A DNA stretch of 64,000 nt from a bacterium (GTDB taxonomy: Bacteria > UBA8248). The notes under the pieces are model-generated. The model saw only the letters and a program-made list of their open reading frames with translations. It searched no databases and was not told the DNA's origin. Positions 1 to 11,053 of this stretch are shown in pieces; position 1 is the first letter of the stretch; each line of letters begins with the position of its first letter. The stretch spans positions 192,001-256,000 of the forward strand of contig CBDATS010000004.1 in NCBI GenBank assembly GCA_965200245.1. The letters run 5' to 3'. Made by a program: the position numbers and the translations under genes.

Positions 1-1017
1 TACTTCATCTCGATCAACCGCAACAAGAAAAGCCTTACGCTCAACCTGAAAGACGAGCGCGGCAAGGAGATCCTGCGGAATATGATTCGCAAGAGCGACA
101 TCATCGTGGAGAACTTCCGGCCCGGTACGCTGGACAAGCTCGGCTTTCCCTGGGAGGAGATCCATCGCATCAACTCCGCGATGATATTCGCCTCGCTCTC
201 GGGCTTCGGCCAGACCGGCCCCAGAGTGAGCGAGCCCGGGTTCGACGTGGTAATCCAGGGTGAAGGCGGGATCATGAGCATCACCGGAGAGCCCGACGGC
301 CCACCCAACAAAGTAGGCGCATCCATCGCGGACATCACGGCAGGCATGCTCGCCGCCCAAGGGATCCTGCTTTCGCTCTACCACCGCGAGAAGACGGGAG
401 TGGGGCAGATGGTCGACATCGGCATGCTCGACGGGCAAGTGGCCCTGCTCACCTACCACGCGAACAACTACTTCGGAACCGGAAAACTTCCGCCCAGGCG
501 GGGGAACAAGCATCCTTCCATCACGCCGTATGAGACCTATGAATGCAAGGACGGGTACTTCAACCTCGGCGTGGGCAACGACAGCCTCTGGCGCAGGTTC
601 TGCGACGCCATGAGGCTGGGGGATATCAAGGAAGATCCCAAATTCGCCGTCAACAAGGACCGAGTGGACAATCGTTTGGAACTCCAGGAAATCCTCGACG
701 CCTTCTTCGCGGAGAAGACGGTGGGAGAGACGCTCGAGACCCTGCGGGTAGCGGGCATCCCCTGCGGCCCCATCAACAATCTTGCGCAGGTACTGAACGA
801 CCCCCAAGTGATCGCGCGTGAGATGGTGGTGGACATCGACATGCCCGTCGCCGGCCCCACGAAGGTGACCGGCGTGCCCATCAAGCTCTCGAAAACCCCG
901 GGCGCCGTCCGCACACCCCCGCCCTCGCTGGGCCAGCACACCGACGAAGTACTCGAATCCGTTCTCGGCATGGACGAGGCGCAAAGAAACGCCCTTCGAG
1001 AAGAAGGCGTGGTATGA
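1..1017 (+). CDS. Class III CoA-transferase (CaiB/BaiF family), 5'-truncated by the window edge
   Basis: Frame is open from base 1 (YFISINRNKKSLTLNLK); motifs ENFRPG, SLSGFGQTGP, GFD and ASIADITAG. Confidence 0.92.
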   Translation, partial: YFISINRNKKSLTLNLKDERGKEILRNMIRKSDIIVENFRPGTLDKLGFPWEEIHRINSAMIFASLSGFGQTGPRVSEPGFDVVIQGEGGIMSITGEPDGPPNKVGASIADITAGMLAAQGILLSLYHREKTGVGQMVDIGMLDGQVALLTYHANNYFGTGKLPPRRGNKHPSITPYETYECKDGYFNLGVGNDSLWRRFCDAMRLGDIKEDPKFAVNKDRVDNRLELQEILDAFFAEKTVGETLETLRVAGIPCGPINNLAQVLNDPQVIAREMVVDIDMPVAGPTKVTGVPIKLSKTPGAVRTPPPSLGQHTDEVLESVLGMDEAQRNALREEGVV

Positions 1018-1100
1018 GGTTTTTGCAATGGACATTTTCGGGCACTTTCCACGCCCCTTGGCGCTGATCTCCCGTCAGGCAATTTCGGGGGATTATTAAG

Positions 1101-1805
1101 GTGCGGATACCGGGCGTACAGATCGAAAAACCCAAATCCCTGAGCAAGATGGTATCCGAGCAGATTAAGGACGCTATCCTGAGCGGCATCTTCCAGCCGG
1201 GAGACAAACTGGTCGAGACGACGCTTACCGAATCCATTGGCGTGAGCAGAACGCCGTTGCGCGAAGCCTTCCGGGAACTCGCGGCGGAAGGCTACATCAC
1301 CGTCGTCCCACACAAGGGGGCGCACGTAAGCCTCGTGAGCGAGGATGAGGTTCTCGACATCTACGCCATCACGAGCGTACTGGAAGGTCTCGCCACGCGC
1401 CTCGCAACCCCAAACCTCCGCGAAGGCAGATCGAACGAGAAGCTCCAGGAACATTTCGAGCAGTTGAAGTGCCACCACGAGCGCGACGAGGTGGACGCCT
1501 ACTGGGCGGCGAACCGCGAATTTCACCACCACATCACGAGCGCTTGCGAGAACTCGCGCCTCCAGGAGCTCATTGAGAATCTGAGACAGCAGATCATGAA
1601 GACTCGCGTGGTGACGCTCCACGCGCCCGGGCGTCTCGACAGTTCCATGGACGAGCATGGTGAAATTCTTCAGGCCATTCTTGACGGCGAAGCGAGAGCT
1701 GCCGAACGCCTGGTGATCCGGCACCTCGAAATTCAGGGGAAATTCGTGCTGGACCTCATCAAGAAATCACCGGAAAACGAAAGCGATCCGACGGAGAACG
1801 ACTAG
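1101..1805 (+). CDS. GntR/FCD-family transcriptional regulator
   Basis: N-terminal HTH (PGDKLVE..GVSRTPLREA) and C-terminal FCD (NREFH..EHGEILQAI). Confidence 0.92.
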   Translation: MRIPGVQIEKPKSLSKMVSEQIKDAILSGIFQPGDKLVETTLTESIGVSRTPLREAFRELAAEGYITVVPHKGAHVSLVSEDEVLDIYAITSVLEGLATRLATPNLREGRSNEKLQEHFEQLKCHHERDEVDAYWAANREFHHHITSACENSRLQELIENLRQQIMKTRVVTLHAPGRLDSSMDEHGEILQAILDGEARAAERLVIRHLEIQGKFVLDLIKKSPENESDPTEND

Positions 1806-2030
1806 GCGAACACCTGCCGTACAACAAGTCCATCTTCCACCCCCAAGGCATCCGCCACGCCTGCCTACGGGAGACGACACCTGGCATTCTGCATTCACAA
1901 TCCCCGCGTCGAAGGCCGTTTCCTTTCCCATCACTGCGTGGGTCGTTCCACGAGAGCCCTCCCACAGCCCCCAGGCGTCAAGGCGGCGTGGTATTCATCC
2001 TGGTGGAGATTTAGCTGATCAAACTGATTT

Positions 2031-2471
2031 TCATGAGCTCTCCGTCCCTTCATCCACGACATGGAACGTGCTCTCCGCCTCTGCGACGGCACGGCCGTCT
2101 TCCGCCCTTATCGCCCTTCCCTCCAAAACGGCGAACCTTCCTTTTCGCTTCTTGAGCCTCCCCTCCAGGAGCAAGGGTGTGCCCACAGACAAGGGGTCAT
2201 GATAGCGAATCTCGCTTCTCGCCGAGTAGGCGCGCATACCCTTCAAAAACAGCCAGTTCGCCATCACGTCATCAAGCACGCTGAAGACGATGCCCCCGTG
2301 TGTCACGCCGTCGTAACCCTGGTGGACGGACTGCGGCGTGAACTCGGCGAGGCAAACATCGCCATCCAGCCGAAACGCGATTTTCAGGCCAATCGGGTTC
2401 GTGGTTCCACATACGAAACATCCGTCTGCGTCCGGACGCCCTCTTTCATCGGTCAATGGTTCGGTCTCCAT
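2031..2471 (-). CDS. PaaI-family hotdog-fold thioesterase
   Basis: CFVCG.NP.GL and HQGY.GVTHGG..LDD motifs; start placed at METEPL, downstream of the ribosomal-operon terminator. Confidence 0.88.
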   Translation of the reverse strand: METEPLTDERGRPDADGCFVCGTTNPIGLKIAFRLDGDVCLAEFTPQSVHQGYDGVTHGGIVFSVLDDVMANWLFLKGMRAYSARSEIRYHDPLSVGTPLLLEGRLKKRKGRFAVLEGRAIRAEDGRAVAEAESTFHVVDEGTESS

Positions 2472-2484
2472 TTCAGTTCGCTTC

Positions 2485-2518
2485 AAACAAAAAAGGAGAG
2501 CCTCCACGGCTCTCCTTT
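2485..2518 (-). terminator. Intrinsic terminator of the alpha operon
   Basis: AAAGGAGAGCC-TCCAC-GGCTCTCCTTT stem-loop followed by a U-tract on the minus strand, just after rplQ. Confidence 0.8.
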
Positions 2519-2542
2519 CAGGAGTGTCTCACATTCCAGTTC

Positions 2543-2965
2543 CTACACTTCGCCTTGCGCCTCTCTTCTTTTCCGGCGGCGTTCACGCCTCTCTTCTTCT
2601 CTCGTGGTGTCTCTGTCGACGAGTTCGAGGAGCGCCATCGGGGCACTGTCTCCCTGCCGGGGAAGAAGGCGCAGAATGCGGGTATAGCCGCCGGGTCGCT
2701 CTAGGTATCTCGGGGCGATGGTATCCATGAGCTTGGCAACCGCGGCGGGAGTCTTGAGATAAGAGGCCACCTGACGCCGTGCATGAAGCGTGCCCTTCTT
2801 TCCCGTTGTGATGATCCGTTCCGCGTGGCGACGAACCTCCTTGGCCTTCGCCAGCGTCGTTCGTACCCTCTCCTCGTCTATAAGAGAAGTAACCATATTC
2901 CTCGTCATTGCGTCGCGATGCTTCGAGGTGCGTCCCAGTTTTCTGCCGTGCCATCGGTGCCGCAT
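2543..2965 (-). CDS. rplQ: 50S ribosomal protein L17
   Basis: MRHR..GRKLGRT..HR, RPGGYTRI; operon position. Confidence 0.98.
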   Translation of the reverse strand: MRHRWHGRKLGRTSKHRDAMTRNMVTSLIDEERVRTTLAKAKEVRRHAERIITTGKKGTLHARRQVASYLKTPAAVAKLMDTIAPRYLERPGGYTRILRLLPRQGDSAPMALLELVDRDTTREEERRERRRKRREAQGEV

Positions 2966-2975
2966 CTGCCCAATC

Positions 2976-3995
2976 CTATTCTGTTTCGGAATCTTCCCCC
3001 TCGCTCAGGTTGAGCGGGGAGATATCCATATAGCCCAAATCCATGCCGAGGGATAAACCCATCCCGGTGAGAATATCACGAATTTCATTCAAACTCTTAC
3101 GGCCGAAGTTTCGCGTTTTCAGCAAATCGGCTTCTGTTTTTTGCACCAACTCACCCAACGTGCGAATGCGTGCGTTTTTCAGGCAGTTGTAGCTGCGAAC
3201 CGAGAGTTCAAGTTCTTCCACGCTTCTGCCGAGGCTCTCCACCATTCTTTGCTTGCGTTCATCCACCTTGGGCGCCTGAGGCGCCGCCTCTTCCTCGAAG
3301 TTAATGAATATCTGCAGGTTGTCCTTGAGAATCTTTGCCGCGTGGGCGACCGCGTCCAAAGGAACGACGGTTCCATTCGTCTCCACTTCGAGAATCAACT
3401 TGTCGTAGTCCGTAATGTCGCCCACCCGGGTCTTCTCCACCTGGAAGGTGCAACGGCGGATAGGAGAGAAGATGGAGTCTATCGGGATGAACTGCGGGCC
3501 GAGGGTCAAATCCACGTTTCTCTCCGCGGGCACGTAGCCGCGGCCGACGTTCGCCACGAGTTCCACGTCAAGGTCCGCTTCCTCGTTCATGTTGGCTATT
3601 TCAATGTCGGGAGTCAGCAACCTCACACCGGCCGGCACTTCGATGTCGCCCGCCTTGAACACGCCGGCGGAACCCGCATGCCGATAGTGCATGTGAACCG
3701 GCAGATTTTCCGATTCCACCTCGATGACAACATCCTTGAGGTTGAGGACGATTTCCGTCACATCTTCCATGACGCCCGGAATGCTCGAAAACTCGTGATA
3801 CACGCCCTCGATACGCACGCCCGTGAAAGCGGCCCCCTGCAGTGAAGACAAAATCACACGACGAAGCGCATTTCCCAATGTAACGCCATACCCGCGCTCC
3901 AGGGGTTCGGCGACAAAACGACCGAAAGTTTCGTTCAAGCTCTCCTGCTGCGGCTCCAAGCCGGCAAGTTTGACTAGCTCGGCAATCGCTGTCAT
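2976..3995 (-). CDS. rpoA: RNA polymerase alpha subunit
   Basis: [35 protein letters not shown]. Confidence 0.99.
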   Translation of the reverse strand: MTAIAELVKLAGLEPQQESLNETFGRFVAEPLERGYGVTLGNALRRVILSSLQGAAFTGVRIEGVYHEFSSIPGVMEDVTEIVLNLKDVVIEVESENLPVHMHYRHAGSAGVFKAGDIEVPAGVRLLTPDIEIANMNEEADLDVELVANVGRGYVPAERNVDLTLGPQFIPIDSIFSPIRRCTFQVEKTRVGDITDYDKLILEVETNGTVVPLDAVAHAAKILKDNLQIFINFEEEAAPQAPKVDERKQRMVESLGRSVEELELSVRSYNCLKNARIRTLGELVQKTEADLLKTRNFGRKSLNEIRDILTGMGLSLGMDLGYMDISPLNLSEGEDSETE

Positions 3996-4060
3996 CTACT
4001 GGTCCTCCGTACGGCGGTTGACCACTTTTTGAAAGAAGTAGGTCGAAACAGGCTCGTGAT

Positions 4061-4693
4061 TTATTTGGAATACAGTTCCACTATTTGCTGTGCGTTGATG
4101 TCAACCTGGGAATCTACCAGAATCGGCGGCTCCAGGACGCGCGCCTGAAGGTCGGCATGATCCACGTCGAGCCAAGCGGGAGCACCTCGGACCTTCCCCT
4201 TCTCCGCGCTTTGTACGACCAACGCGATTTTCTTGCTTTTCTCCTTGATTTCGACGACATCGCCCTTTCGCACAGCAAACGCCGGACGATTCACTTTCCT
4301 GCCATTCACGCGAATGTGATTGTGAATCACCAACTGACGCGCCTGGTTGCGCGAATCCGCGAAACTCGCCCGGTATACGACGTTGTCGAGCCTGGATTCG
4401 AGCAGCGAAAACAGGTTGTCACCAGTGACACCCTTGCGCCGTGCTGCTTCCTTGTAATACAGCCGGAACTGTTTCTCCAGCACGCCGTATACCCGACGCG
4501 CCTTTTGCTTCTCGCGAAGCTGCAGTCCGTATTCGCTCAACTTTCCACGCGAACGCGCGGCACCGTGCTGTCCCGGCGGGAAACTACGTTTCTCGAAAGA
4601 ACATTTGTCACCGATGCAGCGGTCGCCCTTCAGGAAGAGCTTCATGCCCTCTCTACGACAAAGCCGACAAACCGAATCCTTGTATCGTGCCAA
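4061..4693 (-). CDS. rpsD: 30S ribosomal protein S4 (TTG start)
   Basis: [29 protein letters not shown]. Confidence 0.99.
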   Translation of the reverse strand: MARYKDSVCRLCRREGMKLFLKGDRCIGDKCSFEKRSFPPGQHGAARSRGKLSEYGLQLREKQKARRVYGVLEKQFRLYYKEAARRKGVTGDNLFSLLESRLDNVVYRASFADSRNQARQLVIHNHIRVNGRKVNRPAFAVRKGDVVEIKEKSKKIALVVQSAEKGKVRGAPAWLDVDHADLQARVLEPPILVDSQVDINAQQIVELYSK

Positions 4694-4718
4694 AATTCAA
4701 ACTCCCTCTTTCCGGGGT

Positions 4719-5120
4719 CTAGACCCGACGCCGCTTGCGCGGACGGCAACCATTATGGGGAATCGGCGTAACGTCACGAATGAGACTCACCTCGAGACCC
4801 GCGGCGGCCAACGAGCGAATCGCTGCTTCACGGCCCGAACCGGGGCCGCTCACGTATACCTCCACCGAGGTCACGCCCAAGTCCAACGCTTTTTTAGCGA
4901 CATCCGCGGCAGCCATCTGCGCGGCGAAAGGCGTGCTCTTGCGGGAACCCTTGAAGCCCTGCCCACCAGCCGTTGACCAGCAAACCACATTTCCGCCCGT
5001 GTCGGATATCGTGATGATGGTGTTGTTGAAGGTTGCCAGAATATGAACCTGCCCCTTGCCGATAACCCTTCGCTCACGTCGGCGCCTTCCGCCACGCTTT
5101 CCTCTATCCGCTTTCGCCAA
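4719..5120 (-). CDS. rpsK: 30S ribosomal protein S11 (TTG start)
   Basis: [26 protein letters not shown]. Confidence 0.99.
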   Translation of the reverse strand: MAKADRGKRGGRRRRERRVIGKGQVHILATFNNTIITISDTGGNVVCWSTAGGQGFKGSRKSTPFAAQMAAADVAKKALDLGVTSVEVYVSGPGSGREAAIRSLAAAGLEVSLIRDVTPIPHNGCRPRKRRRV

Positions 5121-5155
5121 TTGAAATCTCCTGCCCTATAGATGCGAAACCAAAA

Positions 5156-5530
5156 TCAGTTGTTTTTTTTCTTTGCGCCCACCGTCTTGCGCGGTCCCTT
5201 GCGGGTGCGCGCGTTCGTGTGGGTTCTCTGCCCGCGAACGGGGAGTCCGCGGCGATGCCGAAGCCCCCGGTAGGTGCCAATGTCCATGAGTCTTTTTATG
5301 TTCATGGTCACCCGACTCTTCAAGTCACCCTCCACCGCATAATCGCGCCCAATAATCTCGCGCAAGGCCTGCACATCGGCTTCGGTGAGGTCCTTCACCT
5401 TCGCGAAGGCGTCGACCTTCACTTCTTCCACTATCTTGTTCGCAGAAGTCCGACCAATGCCATAGATATACGTCAAGGCGATGTTGACGTTCTTGTCGTT
5501 GGGAATATCCACTCCGGCAATACGGGCCAT
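5156..5530 (-). CDS. rpsM: 30S ribosomal protein S13
   Basis: [26 protein letters not shown]. Confidence 0.99.
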   Translation of the reverse strand: MARIAGVDIPNDKNVNIALTYIYGIGRTSANKIVEEVKVDAFAKVKDLTEADVQALREIIGRDYAVEGDLKSRVTMNIKRLMDIGTYRGLRHRRGLPVRGQRTHTNARTRKGPRKTVGAKKKNN

Positions 5531-5561
5531 TCGTGTTCTCCTTTATCTGCTTGCCATCGCT

Positions 5562-5675
5562 TCAGCCTTGCCGCTGCTTGTGTTTGGGGTTCGAGCACAA
5601 GACGCGCACGACACCTTTGCGGCGGATGACCTTGCATTTGTCACACATCGGCTTGACTGAACTTCTCACCTTCAT
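5562..5675 (-). CDS. rpmJ: 50S ribosomal protein L36 (Zn-ribbon C+ form; not in the ORF track)
   Basis: Manual translation: [37 protein letters not shown] (37 aa). Confidence 0.97.
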   Translation of the reverse strand: MKVRSSVKPMCDKCKVIRRKGVVRVLCSNPKHKQRQG

Positions 5676-5704
5676 AGCCTGACTCCAAATCTCACTTCAA
5701 ACAC

Positions 5705-5992
5705 CTATTTATAGCGACTCGTGATCCGCCCTCTCGTCAAATCGTAGGGGGAAAGTTCTACTTTCACGCTGTCCCCCGGGAGAATCCGAATAAAGTGCAT
5801 CCGCATTTTCCCCGAGATATGGGCCAACACCTTGTGGCCGCCTTCTATCTCGACGCGAAACATCGCGTTCGGCAAAGGCTCCACAACCATTCCATCCACC
5901 TCTATCACACCTTCCTTGGGTGCCCTCTCCTCGCGCTCTATCTGATCGCGCTTTCTCTGCTTTCTGCTCCCCTGGCGTCGTGGTCTCCTCAT
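5705..5992 (-). CDS. infA: Translation initiation factor IF-1 (apparent basic N-terminal extension)
   Basis: [43 protein letters not shown]; ATG overlaps the map stop codon. Confidence 0.96.
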   Translation of the reverse strand: MRRPRRQGSRKQRKRDQIEREERAPKEGVIEVDGMVVEPLPNAMFRVEIEGGHKVLAHISGKMRMHFIRILPGDSVKVELSPYDLTRGRITSRYK

Positions 5993-6744
5993 GCGGCAAG
6001 ACTCAGGATATCCGGGCCGTTTTCGGTGATGGCGACGGAATGCTCAAAGTGCGCGGAGAGTTTCCCGTCCGCGGTGACGACTGTCCATTCATCGCTCAAT
6101 ACCTTCACGTCATGCACACCCATGTTCAGCATCGGCTCAATCGCGAGTACCATGCCAGCCTTCAGTTCCGGTCCCGTACCGGGGTCGCCGAAATTCGGAA
6201 CCTGGGGCTCTTCATGAAGATTCGTTCCCACCCCATGTCCGACATAAGCACGAACCACCGAAAAACCGTCGTTCTCCGCGTACCTTTGGACAGCATGCGA
6301 GATATCAAACAAGCGGTTGCCTGGCTTGGCCTGTTCGATTCCCTTGAAAAGCGAATCCTCGCAGCATTTCAACAGCTTTTTTGCTTCGGGATCAATATCG
6401 CCCACCGGAAAAGTGACCGCATGATCCCCGTAGTAGCCATACAATTTGGCGCCGACATCCACGCTCACTATATCCCCTTCCTCAAGCTTTCTCCCGGAGG
6501 GCACTCCATGAACCACCTCTTCGTTCACTGAAGCGCATATCGTGTGCTGATAACCCCTGTATCCCTTGAAAGCGGGTACCGCTCCCTGCTCACGAATGAT
6601 CCGCTCCGCCAAGGCGTCCAGCTCAAGCGTCGTGATACCCGGCCGAATCGCGTTCTTCAGTTCCCCCATTACGCTCATCACAACGCGGTTGCTATCCCGC
6701 AAACGTTCTATCTCTTTTCGCGAACGCAAGATGATGGCCATCAC
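5989..6744 (-). CDS. map: Methionine aminopeptidase type I
   Basis: [31 protein letters not shown]. Confidence 0.98.
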   Translation of the reverse strand: MMAIILRSRKEIERLRDSNRVVMSVMGELKNAIRPGITTLELDALAERIIREQGAVPAFKGYRGYQHTICASVNEEVVHGVPSGRKLEEGDIVSVDVGAKLYGYYGDHAVTFPVGDIDPEAKKLLKCCEDSLFKGIEQAKPGNRLFDISHAVQRYAENDGFSVVRAYVGHGVGTNLHEEPQVPNFGDPGTGPELKAGMVLAIEPMLNMGVHDVKVLSDEWTVVTADGKLSAHFEHSVAITENGPDILSLAA

Positions 6745-7370
6745 GCAAGCACCTGGGCAATACCTTCCTCCACCCGCTGAGTGACTTCCTCGACACTACC
6801 CTCACCGTCGATTTCCGCGAGCTTGCCTTTATCGCCGTAAAACGCCACCAACGGCTCGGTATGTTCCTGATACACCTTGAGGCGCCGAAGCACCGTACTC
6901 GTCATGTCGTCCTCGCGCTGGTAGAGGTCTCCACCGCAAACGGAGCAAAGCGAGGTGTCCATGTTGGGGTAGACAGCGCCGCACTTCCTGCAGGTAAGCC
7001 TTCCCGCCAGTCGAGCCACCACGGCTTCGCTTGATACGTTCAGATAAATAACCACATCCACACTGTCAGGCAAGACCCTTTCCAAAGCCTGACCCTGTTC
7101 AATCGTCCTGGGAAAACCATCCAAGATGAATCCATTCTCACAATCCGCCCGGGAGATGCGTTCCTCGATCACCGAAATGATGAGGTCGTCCGGAACCAAA
7201 CGGCCCTGGTCGATGATGTCCCTCACCTGCTGGCCAAGGGCCGTTTTCTCCTCCACCGCCTGTCGCAACATATCCCCGGTCGATATTTCCGTCACCTGCA
7301 GGGATTTCGCCAGTCCGGCACCCTGGGTGCCCTTCCCCGAACCCGGAGGACCCAAAAGAATAATTTTCAC
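6741..7370 (-). CDS. adk: Adenylate kinase (Zn-lid type)
   Basis: GPPGSGKGTQ, STGDMLR, LDGFPRT, CRKC..CSVC lid; GTG start at 7370. Confidence 0.97.
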   Translation of the reverse strand: MKIILLGPPGSGKGTQGAGLAKSLQVTEISTGDMLRQAVEEKTALGQQVRDIIDQGRLVPDDLIISVIEERISRADCENGFILDGFPRTIEQGQALERVLPDSVDVVIYLNVSSEAVVARLAGRLTCRKCGAVYPNMDTSLCSVCGGDLYQREDDMTSTVLRRLKVYQEHTEPLVAFYGDKGKLAEIDGEGSVEEVTQRVEEGIAQVLA

Positions 7371-7371
7371 C

Positions 7372-8694
7372 CTAGCCCGCACGCCCCCGTATCCGCCCAC
7401 GGCGCAGAAATCCTTCGTAATTTCTCATCACCAGATGAGACTCGATTTGCCGCTGCGTATCCACCGCCACACCCACGACGATCAGGAGCGCCGTCCCTCC
7501 AAAGAAGAACGGCACGTTGAACCACTGGATCAGATAAGTAGGCAAAATGACAATGGCACTCAGGTAGATGGCCCCCAGGAAAGTGAGGCGGCTCAGGGTG
7601 CGATCGATAAAATCCGCCGTCGGGCGGCCTGGACGCCTACCTGGAATGAAACCGCCGTATTTCCTCAGGTTCTCCGCTACATCCATCGGATTGAAGATGA
7701 TGGCAGTATAAAAGTATGCAAAGAAAAAGATCAGTACGACCGTCAAGAGCACGTACCAGGTGCTCGGCGGTGTGAGTGCCGCGCTCAATTGCTGGAGCCA
7801 GTCCACGTTCGAGAACTGCGCGATAGTGGCAGGAAAAAGAATCATCGAACTCGCGAAGATCGGCGGAATAACACCCGATGTGTTTACCTTTAGCGGCAGG
7901 TGTGTTTCCTGGCCGCCCGCCATCCTCCGGCCCACCATCCGTTTCGCGTACTGAACACGTATTCGCCGCTGCCCCGCCTCGAACCAGACCACGAGGCCCA
8001 CGACGGCCACCATCCCCACCGCCAGCACTATCATCACGAAAGGCTGTAATTCGCCGGTCCCCAACAGGCGGAACGTGTTGATGATCGCACCGGGCAGGCC
8101 CGCGACGATACCTGCGAAGATGATAAGGGATATTCCGTTACCGATACCGCGCTCGGTAATCTGCTCGCCGAGCCACATGATGAACGAAGTACCCGCCACG
8201 AGGGTGAGGACTGTCATCAGGCGGAATCCCCAGCCCGGATCGGGAACCACGAGTGCTCCCGTGGGAGCGGCCATCTGCTCGATGCCGATGGCGATGCCGA
8301 AACCCTGCACGGTCGAGAGAAACACCGTACCATAGCGCGTGTATTGGTTGATTTTCTTGCGGCCCGAATCGCCTTCTTTTTTCAGGCGTTCGAGGTGGGG
8401 AACCGCGACAGTAAGCAACTCCAGGATGATGGAAGCGCTGATGTAGGGCATGATCCCCAGAGCGAAAATTGTCAACTGACTCAGGGCACCGCCCGTAAAG
8501 AGGTCGAAAAACTGCATGAGCGTGCCGCCTCCGCGGCTCAACTCGGCAAAAAAGGCCGCAAGCGCCACGGTATCGATTCCCGGTGTGGGGATATGCGCCC
8601 CAATTCGATAGACCGCCAGAATGCCGAGCGTAAAGAGAATCCTGTTTTTCAGCTCGGGAACCTGGAAGATGCTGGGAACACCGCCTTCCCTCAC
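7372..8694 (-). CDS. secY: Preprotein translocase SecY
   Basis: ALGIMPYISASII, GIGNGISLIIFAGI, FGGTALLIVVGV. Confidence 0.99.
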   Translation of the reverse strand: MREGGVPSIFQVPELKNRILFTLGILAVYRIGAHIPTPGIDTVALAAFFAELSRGGGTLMQFFDLFTGGALSQLTIFALGIMPYISASIILELLTVAVPHLERLKKEGDSGRKKINQYTRYGTVFLSTVQGFGIAIGIEQMAAPTGALVVPDPGWGFRLMTVLTLVAGTSFIMWLGEQITERGIGNGISLIIFAGIVAGLPGAIINTFRLLGTGELQPFVMIVLAVGMVAVVGLVVWFEAGQRRIRVQYAKRMVGRRMAGGQETHLPLKVNTSGVIPPIFASSMILFPATIAQFSNVDWLQQLSAALTPPSTWYVLLTVVLIFFFAYFYTAIIFNPMDVAENLRKYGGFIPGRRPGRPTADFIDRTLSRLTFLGAIYLSAIVILPTYLIQWFNVPFFFGGTALLIVVGVAVDTQRQIESHLVMRNYEGFLRRGRIRGRAG

Positions 8695-9203
8695 TCGCTT
8701 TTATCCTCCGGTTTAGCGGTGAGGACCACGATCTTGACGCTTCCGCCTGCGCTTTCGATCTTGCGGCGAGCCGATTCGCTGCATTTTTGCACCTTGAGAT
8801 GAACCGATCGATCGATCTCTCCCTTTCCCAGAAGCTTGACTCCATCCTTGGACACTTTGCGGATGAGGCCTGCGGACCGCAAGGCGTCGGCGTCGACGAT
8901 TGCCCCCTCAGCCAGCACACCCAGCCGTCCCACGTTCAATTCGGAGAATTCCTTTTTGAAGCGGTTGCTGAATCCGCGCTTCGGCAAACGACGCTGGAGC
9001 GGCATCTGGCCGCCCTCGAAACCTACCTTCCGGCTAAAGCCGGAACGCGATTTCTGGCCCTTGTGGCCGCGCGTCGACGTCTTCCCCCTGCCGGAACCCG
9101 TTCCGCGACCCAAGCGTCGCCGGGCCTTCACCGCCCCCTCGGGAGAGGACAAATCACCCAAGCCTGTATATGAGTTTTCCGGCTTCGTTTCGTTCTCGGA
9201 CAT
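8691..9203 (-). CDS. rplO: 50S ribosomal protein L15
   Basis: GRGTGSGRGKT.TRGHKGQKSR, FEGGQMPLQRRLPKRGF. Confidence 0.98.
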   Translation of the reverse strand: MSENETKPENSYTGLGDLSSPEGAVKARRRLGRGTGSGRGKTSTRGHKGQKSRSGFSRKVGFEGGQMPLQRRLPKRGFSNRFKKEFSELNVGRLGVLAEGAIVDADALRSAGLIRKVSKDGVKLLGKGEIDRSVHLKVQKCSESARRKIESAGGSVKIVVLTAKPEDKSE

Positions 9204-9216
9204 CTGAATACAAGGG

Positions 9217-9414
9217 CTAGGCCCCCTCCTCCACTTCTACGAGATGCTTGATCTTGAACACCATGCCACGGATGCTGGCGTTATCCGTCTTCACGACTGT
9301 CTGGTTAATCCGCCTGAGACCCAGCCCATGTAAAACGGCGCGCTGCTTCTTGTTTGAGCCAGACGTGCTCTTTCTCAAGGTGATTCTAATTTTTTCCTGC
9401 TTATCCGGCGCCAT
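9217..9414 (-). CDS. rpmD: 50S ribosomal protein L30
   Basis: LGLRRINQTV..DNASIRGM; operon position. Confidence 0.96.
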   Translation of the reverse strand: MAPDKQEKIRITLRKSTSGSNKKQRAVLHGLGLRRINQTVVKTDNASIRGMVFKIKHLVEVEEGA

Positions 9415-9422
9415 TTTTTCCT

Positions 9423-10100
9423 CTACTCTTTTTTCGCGTCGGCTTCTTCGGTCGCGCTTCCTTCGTCAGCACCACCAGCCTCTTCGGTAGCGGGGTCGCC
9501 ATCTGCGACATTTTCCGCAGTGGTCTCCGCATCCACCGCCGAGACTTCGGCATCTTCCGCCTGTGCACCTTCGGCTGCGCCATCGGTCAATTGAATCCCC
9601 CGGAGCGCGAAGACTTCCTGTTTATTGCGCAACGAGCACAAGCCCTGCAACGTCGCCTTGGCCGCGTTGTGCGGGTTGTTCGTGCCGATGCACTTCGTCA
9701 ATATGTCACGTACCCCGGAAACATCCAGAACCGCGCGCACGGGACCGCCTGCGATGACGCCCGTCCCCCGCGCCGCCGGTTTGAGCAACACGCGGCCCGC
9801 GCCGTATCTACCCATCGTCTGGTGGGGAATGGTCTCATGGTCGAGAGCCACCTTCACCATCGATTTGCGTGCCTTCTCCACACCCTTGCGGATGGCTTCG
9901 GGAACTTCGTTCGCCTTGCCCATCCCAAGACCGACCTGTCCCTTTCTGTCGCCGACGGTCACCAGGGCACTGAAGCTGAAGCGTCTGCCGCCCTTCACCA
10001 CCTTGGCCACACGGTTCACGTAGATGACCCGGTCGATGAATTCACGCTCTTCGGGATTCTCAGGCTCTCTGTCCCGGCCTCTTCTTTCCTCTCGCGCCAT
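9423..10100 (-). CDS. rpsE: 30S ribosomal protein S5 with acidic C-terminal tail
   Basis: [23 protein letters not shown]. Confidence 0.98.
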   Translation of the reverse strand: MAREERRGRDREPENPEEREFIDRVIYVNRVAKVVKGGRRFSFSALVTVGDRKGQVGLGMGKANEVPEAIRKGVEKARKSMVKVALDHETIPHQTMGRYGAGRVLLKPAARGTGVIAGGPVRAVLDVSGVRDILTKCIGTNNPHNAAKATLQGLCSLRNKQEVFALRGIQLTDGAAEGAQAEDAEVSAVDAETTAENVADGDPATEEAGGADEGSATEEADAKKE

Positions 10101-10480
10101 CAGAAACTTACCCCCGTGTCCCTCACGCTGTCAGCCAGCGCCTTCACGCGGCCGTGATAAAGATAGCCGTTGCGATCAAAAACCACTTTTTCCACACCCT
10201 TGGCCTTCGCGCGATCAGCCAGCAGTTTACCGACGATCACGGCACCCGCCACATTGCTCCCGCCAGCGTTCTCGGAACTCTGTGCCTCGGAAGCGAAATC
10301 CTTCTCGCGCGAGGAGGCCGATGCCAACGTCTGGCCCGAAACGTCATCTATCACCTGAGCGTAGATGTGCGCGCCACTCCTGAAAACCGTCAAGCGAGGA
10401 CGCTCGTTAGCCCCTCGACTCTTCTTGCGAATTCTCACCTTTCGCTTGAGCCTCGCCTCAAGTTTGCTTGATCGACCCAC
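10100..10480 (-). CDS. rplR: 50S ribosomal protein L18
   Basis: [28 protein letters not shown]. Confidence 0.98.
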   Translation of the reverse strand: MGRSSKLEARLKRKVRIRKKSRGANERPRLTVFRSGAHIYAQVIDDVSGQTLASASSREKDFASEAQSSENAGGSNVAGAVIVGKLLADRAKAKGVEKVVFDRNGYLYHGRVKALADSVRDTGVSF

Positions 10481-10497
10481 TTCATGAACCTCCCGCG

Positions 10498-11043
10498 CTA
10501 CACACCGGCTTTGCCGACCTTGCGACGAACCGTCTCGCCCGCATAGCGGATACCCTTACCCTTGTACGGCTCTGGGGGCTTCACCTTCCGGATTTCGGCA
10601 GCCACCCAGCCTACCATCTGCTTGTCGATGCCCTTCACCTTGATCGCCGTGCGGTTGCGGTCGCTCTGCACCTCGAAGGTGATTCCCTCAATCGGTTCAA
10701 TGCTCACCGGATGGGAATATCCTACGTTCAGGACAACTCCCTCGCCCTTCGCCTCCACACGGTAACCCAAGCCTATGATCTCAAGTTCCTTCTCGAATCC
10801 CTTGGTCACGCCTTCGACCATGTTTGCGATTAGCGAGCGCGTGAGACCGTGCAGGGATTTATCCTGACGCGATTCGCTGACGCGCGTGACGACGATGTTT
10901 CCGTCGTCGATCTCCACCTTCGGCCTGTGGTGAAGCTCGAGTTCGAGTTCCCCTAAAGGTCCCTTGACGGAGATGTGACGTCCATCAAGCTTCACTTCCA
11001 CGCCCGAGGGTATGGAAATCGGCATTTTTCCGATGCGTGACAT
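10498..11043 (-). CDS. rplF: 50S ribosomal protein L6
   Basis: [18 protein letters not shown]. Confidence 0.99.
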   Translation of the reverse strand: MSRIGKMPISIPSGVEVKLDGRHISVKGPLGELELELHHRPKVEIDDGNIVVTRVSESRQDKSLHGLTRSLIANMVEGVTKGFEKELEIIGLGYRVEAKGEGVVLNVGYSHPVSIEPIEGITFEVQSDRNRTAIKVKGIDKQMVGWVAAEIRKVKPPEPYKGKGIRYAGETVRRKVGKAGV

Positions 11044-11053
11044 TCAAACCACC

